NCBI GenBank assembly: GCA_965153285.1
Contig: OZ229111.1
Reading direction: 5' to 3' (one strand)
From: Podarcis tiliguerta
Lineage: Eukaryota
DNA length: 64,000 bases
Positions 59,244 through 64,000 of the stretch are shown here, in pieces. Position 1 is the first letter of the stretch, and the number at the start of each line of letters is the position of its first letter. A program made the position numbers and the translations under genes. The notes under the pieces were generated by a model that saw only the letters and a list, made by a program, of their open reading frames with translations, made no database searches and was not told where the DNA came from.

Positions 59244-61628
59244 GCAGCTATTAAACATAACACCAACTTCAGAAGAAAGACCTCACAATTCAAAGCTTCA
59301 AACCTGATCTGTACTGATATCAAATGCGCTTCTCTGAGGAGCTGTATAAGAACATCTCAAAAGTGAGAACAGAAACTGTATTTTCCCAATAACCTACTGT
59401 AACTAAGACTAAATGTGCATAATCTGAAATACCACATATTCTTCCTCTGCTTACCTCCATTACTCAATTTTTCTCCCCTTCTTTTGTTTCTAAAATGTTA
59501 AGTCCCTTGGGGCAGGAGCCTCTCATTCTTTATAAAGTATCATGTGCATGGATAGAACAACAAAAACAATCTCCATAAGATTCTGGAGACTGCTGATTTT
59601 ATAAGCTTTGGATCAGTATCATTAAAGTATCATTAAAAGGTTTTAGTTTATATTTAGCTGCTTTATAAATTAACAATATATTACTGTATATGTTCTAAAA
59701 TAAAAGGTCTAGGACTGCTTTCAAAGACTTGGATTCCACTGCAAGAATGGAAGGTATTCGATACCTCCCACCATCTGCAGCCCTTTGCACACACCCCAAC
59801 TAGCGCAGAAGGTTGGAGAACCCTCTAAAACAGTATTTCAGGAAGCTGCAAAAAGGGGGAGATTGGCTACACCCCACACATAAGCAGAAATGCCTGTCAC
59901 ATCCAGCAGGATCTTTGGATCTCAGCCAAAGATCTGAAAAAGCTACTTTTATCTTGAATGGATTTTATTACTAATTATCAACACATGCCTCTACACTGAA
60001 ACAGATGAGGGATGCTACTTAGTTTTACTAATAATGAAACCTGTGCTAATAATCAAAATACGTTATGGGGTTTTAATCCGATGCTACAGCAACATATAGC
60101 AAGTAGATCTCTAGGTCCTGAGCTACACGGGACACGGGTGCCTCCTTTCCCCATCAGCACTAGACAACTGTTTAATCAAACTGAAACAGTTTAATGAGGT
60201 ACAGAAGGAAAATTATGAACAATGGCACAAATTCCAGAGATGCTGGCATTTTTATTGAGCAAGAAAGCACTATTATAAATCCCTGGAAAATGTTTGTGGT
60301 GTAAATTAGAACTCTTAAAAGGCTTGATTATTCATGCCAAAGAAAAGCATTGCGGTTGGCTTGCACTGACCTCATGTATGCATTCCCCTTACTTTAGATT
60401 ACTTTTGTTTTTCATGGTGAACAGGAGTTAAAAAAAGAAATGTGACTTCAGGTTTTTTTTTGTTAAAATCAGAATAGACCCTTGAAGACTGGGAGTGAGA
60501 GCACAGTTCTCCATTCTCCCCCAGTTGCTCCTCCAAATTCCTGCAGCCAAGTGGTTCAACAGTTTCTGAATGGCACACATAATGACATCATTGATTGAAC
60601 TATAATAGAAAGGAAAGGGGGGTGGGGGGAAAAGATGTATTTGTGTTACAGACAAAAGATAAGTTCTGTTTCACAGCAGGGACAAATGAAGAACCAGATG
60701 ACTGGACAGAGTGAGGTCGCCGAGTACCCCTTGCCATTGTTTTCGTTTTAAGCAACCCTTCCACTACTCCCTAAAGGTTTGTTAGGGACTCAAAATCCTT
60801 TTCAAATGGCACCGTGGAGAAAGGAAAGATCAGGAGCCCTGCTGACCCTTCACAACTCTCTCATCATTTATTTTTAAAATATCATGTATTGTAAGTGGGG
60901 GGAATGATATAAACATTAATAATAGTATAATCCTATACACTGAACAATGATATCACCAGGACTATTGGAAATAAATAGCTAAGAAGCAAGCACCATTCAA
61001 ATCTCTTTGAAACCCAGAAGGATCCATCTTATATTTTTGCATTTTGGTCTCCCCCCCCCCCCCAAAAAAAGTTACTTTCTCCTAGATAGGCTTGATGGAG
61101 ACACAGCTCTAATATGCTGAGAAATCACTCACAGGTATTTGGACCACACATCTGGAAAGAGTGCTATTTTGAGTGGCTGAAAAGGAAGGCGTTCAATGTT
61201 TGCAATATCTGGATTGAGTTAATTGCTAAGGTCTTTGAAAGCTTATCTATATACACTTGCTTTATTCCTGGTGGTATATGTTAAAGATGTCAAATGAAGT
61301 TATTCTAGAGTATACCAGCAAGAACAATACAGCTCCTGGAATCAAAGAGATCGCAAAGTCTAATGGATGAAAATTTAGTTACGAAAATCATTGGGAGTTC
61401 AAAATGAAAAACCTCCAACTGTTAACAATGGAAGAACATTCAAAACACTGTCAAATAAACGCACCCCTGCCTCCCTCGTTTTCTTAGATTCAACAGATGG
61501 ACCCTTGCACAAACGCATGTGTGTGCAATGGTAGAGGCCTAGCTGGAAAGCTTAAAATGGCTCCATGAAAGACGGACTGAAGAAAAGGAAATATGAATTG
61601 GCCCTGCCCCGTAGTTTGACCAATTGCA

Positions 61629-61988
61629 GGGACGCGGGTGGTGCTGTGGGTTAAAGCCTCAGCACCTAGGGCTTGCCGATCAAGTGGTCGGCGGTTCGAA
61701 TCCCCGCGGCGGGGTGCACTCCAGTTGTTCGGTCCCAGCGCCTGCCAACCTAGCAGTTCGAAAGCACTCTCGGGTGCAAGTAGATAAATAGGGACCGCTT
61801 ACCGGCGGGAAGGTAAACGGCGTTTCCGTGTGCTGCGCTGGCTCGCCAGAGCAGCGATGTCACGCTGGCCACGTGACCCGGAAGTGTCTTCGGACAGCGC
61901 TGGCCCTCGGCCTCTTGAGTGAGATGGGCGCACAACCCTAGAGTCTGTCAAGACTGGCCTGTACGGGCAGGGGTACCTTTACCTTTAC
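61629..61988 (+). mobile_element. Sauria SINE, full length, young
   Basis: Same subfamily as 32585; perfect ~20-bp TSD cgtagtttgaccaattgcag (61610-61629, 61988-62007). Confidence 0.96.
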
Positions 61989-62379
61989 GTAGTTTGACCA
62001 ATTGCAGCTAGGAGCTGGGTGGAGTCATAGATTTAAAAAAAAAAAAAAAGCAGACTCAGATACACTGACCTGCTTCCTTTTTGATTTGAAATGTTTGTTT
62101 TGGGCTTCTCAGCAGTACATAACGGCAATAAATGGGCAGGAGGAGTGCTGGCCTGCAATTGTGCCCATATAAGAGGTGCCAGAACTGTGCTCCGACACAT
62201 TCCAGCTGAAAAAGGTCTGGTTACAAGGTTTAACAGAAAAACAATCTACAAAGATTTGGATAGTATATCAGACGTGAAACAGGATTTTAAACTGGTATAT
62301 TTATTAAGGTTTCAAATAAAAAATAACTCTCCCCAGGTCTACGAGTGTCTGCCCTTTGTAATAAACAGAAATTCTGTAC

Positions 62380-64000
62380 TAACAAATGAATTTATTTTCT
62401 TCTTGGGGGAAGGACAGCTGAGTATGGTGATAGACCCTTCTACCAGGCCACAATACCATTTTAGCCTAATGAGAAATCCTTATTTAAAGAGAAAGTTTCC
62501 AGCTCAGATACACCATGAGAAAAATGGTTTTCACAGTCAAATTTTGATTGAAACGGCAGTGAATGGTTCAAAGCTCAATCTGGTTAAGGCTTTCAAGAAA
62601 ATGCTGAGGACTCTAGCATACTGCAGAAGAACTGAGAAGGGTAAAATGAACTAACGTATTGGGTGATAACTTGGGGAGGGGGGCAGAGACTATGTTCAAA
62701 CCCAAGTTTCAGGTGCTTAAGAGTGTCTTGTGGCAGTTCAAGATTTCCCTAGATCCTGCAGTGTCTAGACTCTTATTTGATTATAGACACCAGGACAAAG
62801 GTTCTCCAAATAAGCTTATGAAGTTTAATGGTGAAGGAATGTCTTGATACAAACAAGGTGTTTCTCACCTAGATGCATAACTTAGTGAGTTGGAAGATTC
62901 GCTCAATTTCTATATAACCTGGAATCCCGTATCTTAATGAAGAATGGGGCACTGATGTAGGAGATGCCTGCTGGTAGGAATCCATGGGTCCTTTGGCAAC
63001 AGCTTCACTACACTGGAGAATTACAAGTGTCTTAGTCACTTTGCTGGAATCAGTAGCACCATAGCCTGCAGGTCCTTAATCTTCCTAAGTACAGTGGTAC
63101 CTCGGGTTAAGTACTTAATTCGCTTGGAGGTCCGTTCTTAACCTGAAACTGTTCTTAACCTGAAGCACCACTTTAGCTAATGGGGCCTCCCGCTGCTGCT
63201 GCGCCGCCAGAGCACGAGTTCTGTTCTCATCCTGAAGCAAAGTTCTTAATCCGAGGTACTATTTCTGGGTTAGTGGAGTCTGTAACCTGAAGCTTATGTA
63301 ACCTGAAGCGTATGTAACCCGAGGTACCACTGTACTTGTGAAATGAGAGGTAGAATCTGTGAAGCATATAACACTTTCTGGACCAGTCTGCTGATAGGAT
63401 GTCCACAACTGCAGATTCTCCCACATCAAGAAACTTGATGTGAATCTAGGCAGCTGATTTTGAGGAACCAGTGCAGAGTTTCATGATGGCTTTTCTGAGC
63501 AATCATTTGTGAAATACTAATTGGCCTAGAGACCACTTTGCAGTATCTAGCTTTGGCAGCCAAGCCAAAGATGTTCTGTCTTGATGAACTGAAGACATTT
63601 CTCTGTATAGAATTAACAGGGAGGTGGTTTCCTTAAGAAGGAGTTTTGAAAATGTGCTGATAGGCATTTGCTACTGCATTGTCTGTCTTGATGAATACCT
63701 AATGTCCTGGTAGAAGATGGAAGAAATGCCACAGTGCCAGCATGATTGTCCAAAGTTCTAGGGAACTGATGTTCAATTAAATTGTTTCTGGAGACCACAG
63801 GTCTTGGTGCTGTACACCTTTGCAGTGTGCACCTCAAATTTTCAGACTGGGATATGTTGTCAAGAGCACTTGGATGGACTCCTGAATAGGAATCTCCTGG
63901 CTCAGATGAGTCAATGATACCCAATGAGTGGTCTCCGGGTTGAGGTTGTTGGTTATTTGCAGTGGGTATCCTAGAAGAAATGTCTGAAATACATGCAGAT
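62380..64000 (-). mobile_element. Decayed DIRS-type (tyrosine recombinase) retrotransposon
   Basis: Minus-strand translation with stops and frameshifts. RNase H: *GAHCKGVQHQDLWSPETI*LNISSLELWTIMLALWHFFHLLPGH*VFIKTDNAVANAY (~63660-63840). Tyrosine recombinase: LSIFLKALTRLSFEPF...LTVKTIFLM...VSELETFS (~62480-62615). Confidence 0.8.
63092..63332. mobile_element. Tc1/mariner-type MITE inserted in the DIRS remnant
   Basis: TA|CAGTGGTACCTC...GAGGTACCACTG|TA. Confidence 0.93.

Noticed and set aside
4243-59637. Scattered 9-18 bp tandem duplications (e.g. 4243, 13805, 45227, 48892, 59616) as CRISPR-like or functional arrays
   Set aside because: They are two-copy slippage duplications without spacers, ordinary in a vertebrate genome.
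61425-61460. Next upstream SARNP exon (…RAQRFGLNVSS…)
   Set aside because: There is only a chance LNV match and no RFG motif. I found no such exon in 45773-64000, so it probably lies beyond the window.
62091-62654. 187-aa ORF
   Set aside because: It has no homology I recognise, and its 3' part is antisense to the decayed DIRS recombinase.

Overview
Vertebrate genomic DNA from a squamate reptile, probably a lacertid lizard (inferred from the Sauria-SINE/MITE repertoire). It covers the conserved GDF11-SARNP tail-to-tail locus. On the + strand are most of GDF11 intron 1 (exon 1 lies upstream of the window), exon 2 (14866-15239), exon 3 CDS (17010-17390) and a probably very long 3' UTR with several poly(A) signals, out to ~27.5 kb. 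On the - strand are the last two coding exons of SARNP/CIP29 (45683-45772, 43612-43653) and >18 kb of its upstream intron. The rest is intronic or intergenic DNA with Sauria SINEs, other tRNA-derived SINEs, CR1 and L2 LINE fragments, hAT and Tc1/mariner MITEs, a decayed DIRS retrotransposon, microsatellites and one 134-N gap. Nearly all other ORFs in the track are spurious or TE-derived. The main unexplained signals are: an 82-bp near-perfect inverted repeat bracketing 2.9 kb of SARNP intron; a Cdx/Hox-TCF-T-box-DR4 motif cluster in GDF11 intron 1 (tail-bud enhancer candidate); a +4 alternative donor that would give a prodomain-only GDF11; and weak traces of a decayed coding gene between GDF11 and SARNP. 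I see no firm evidence of a wholly new biological system; these are testable hypotheses.
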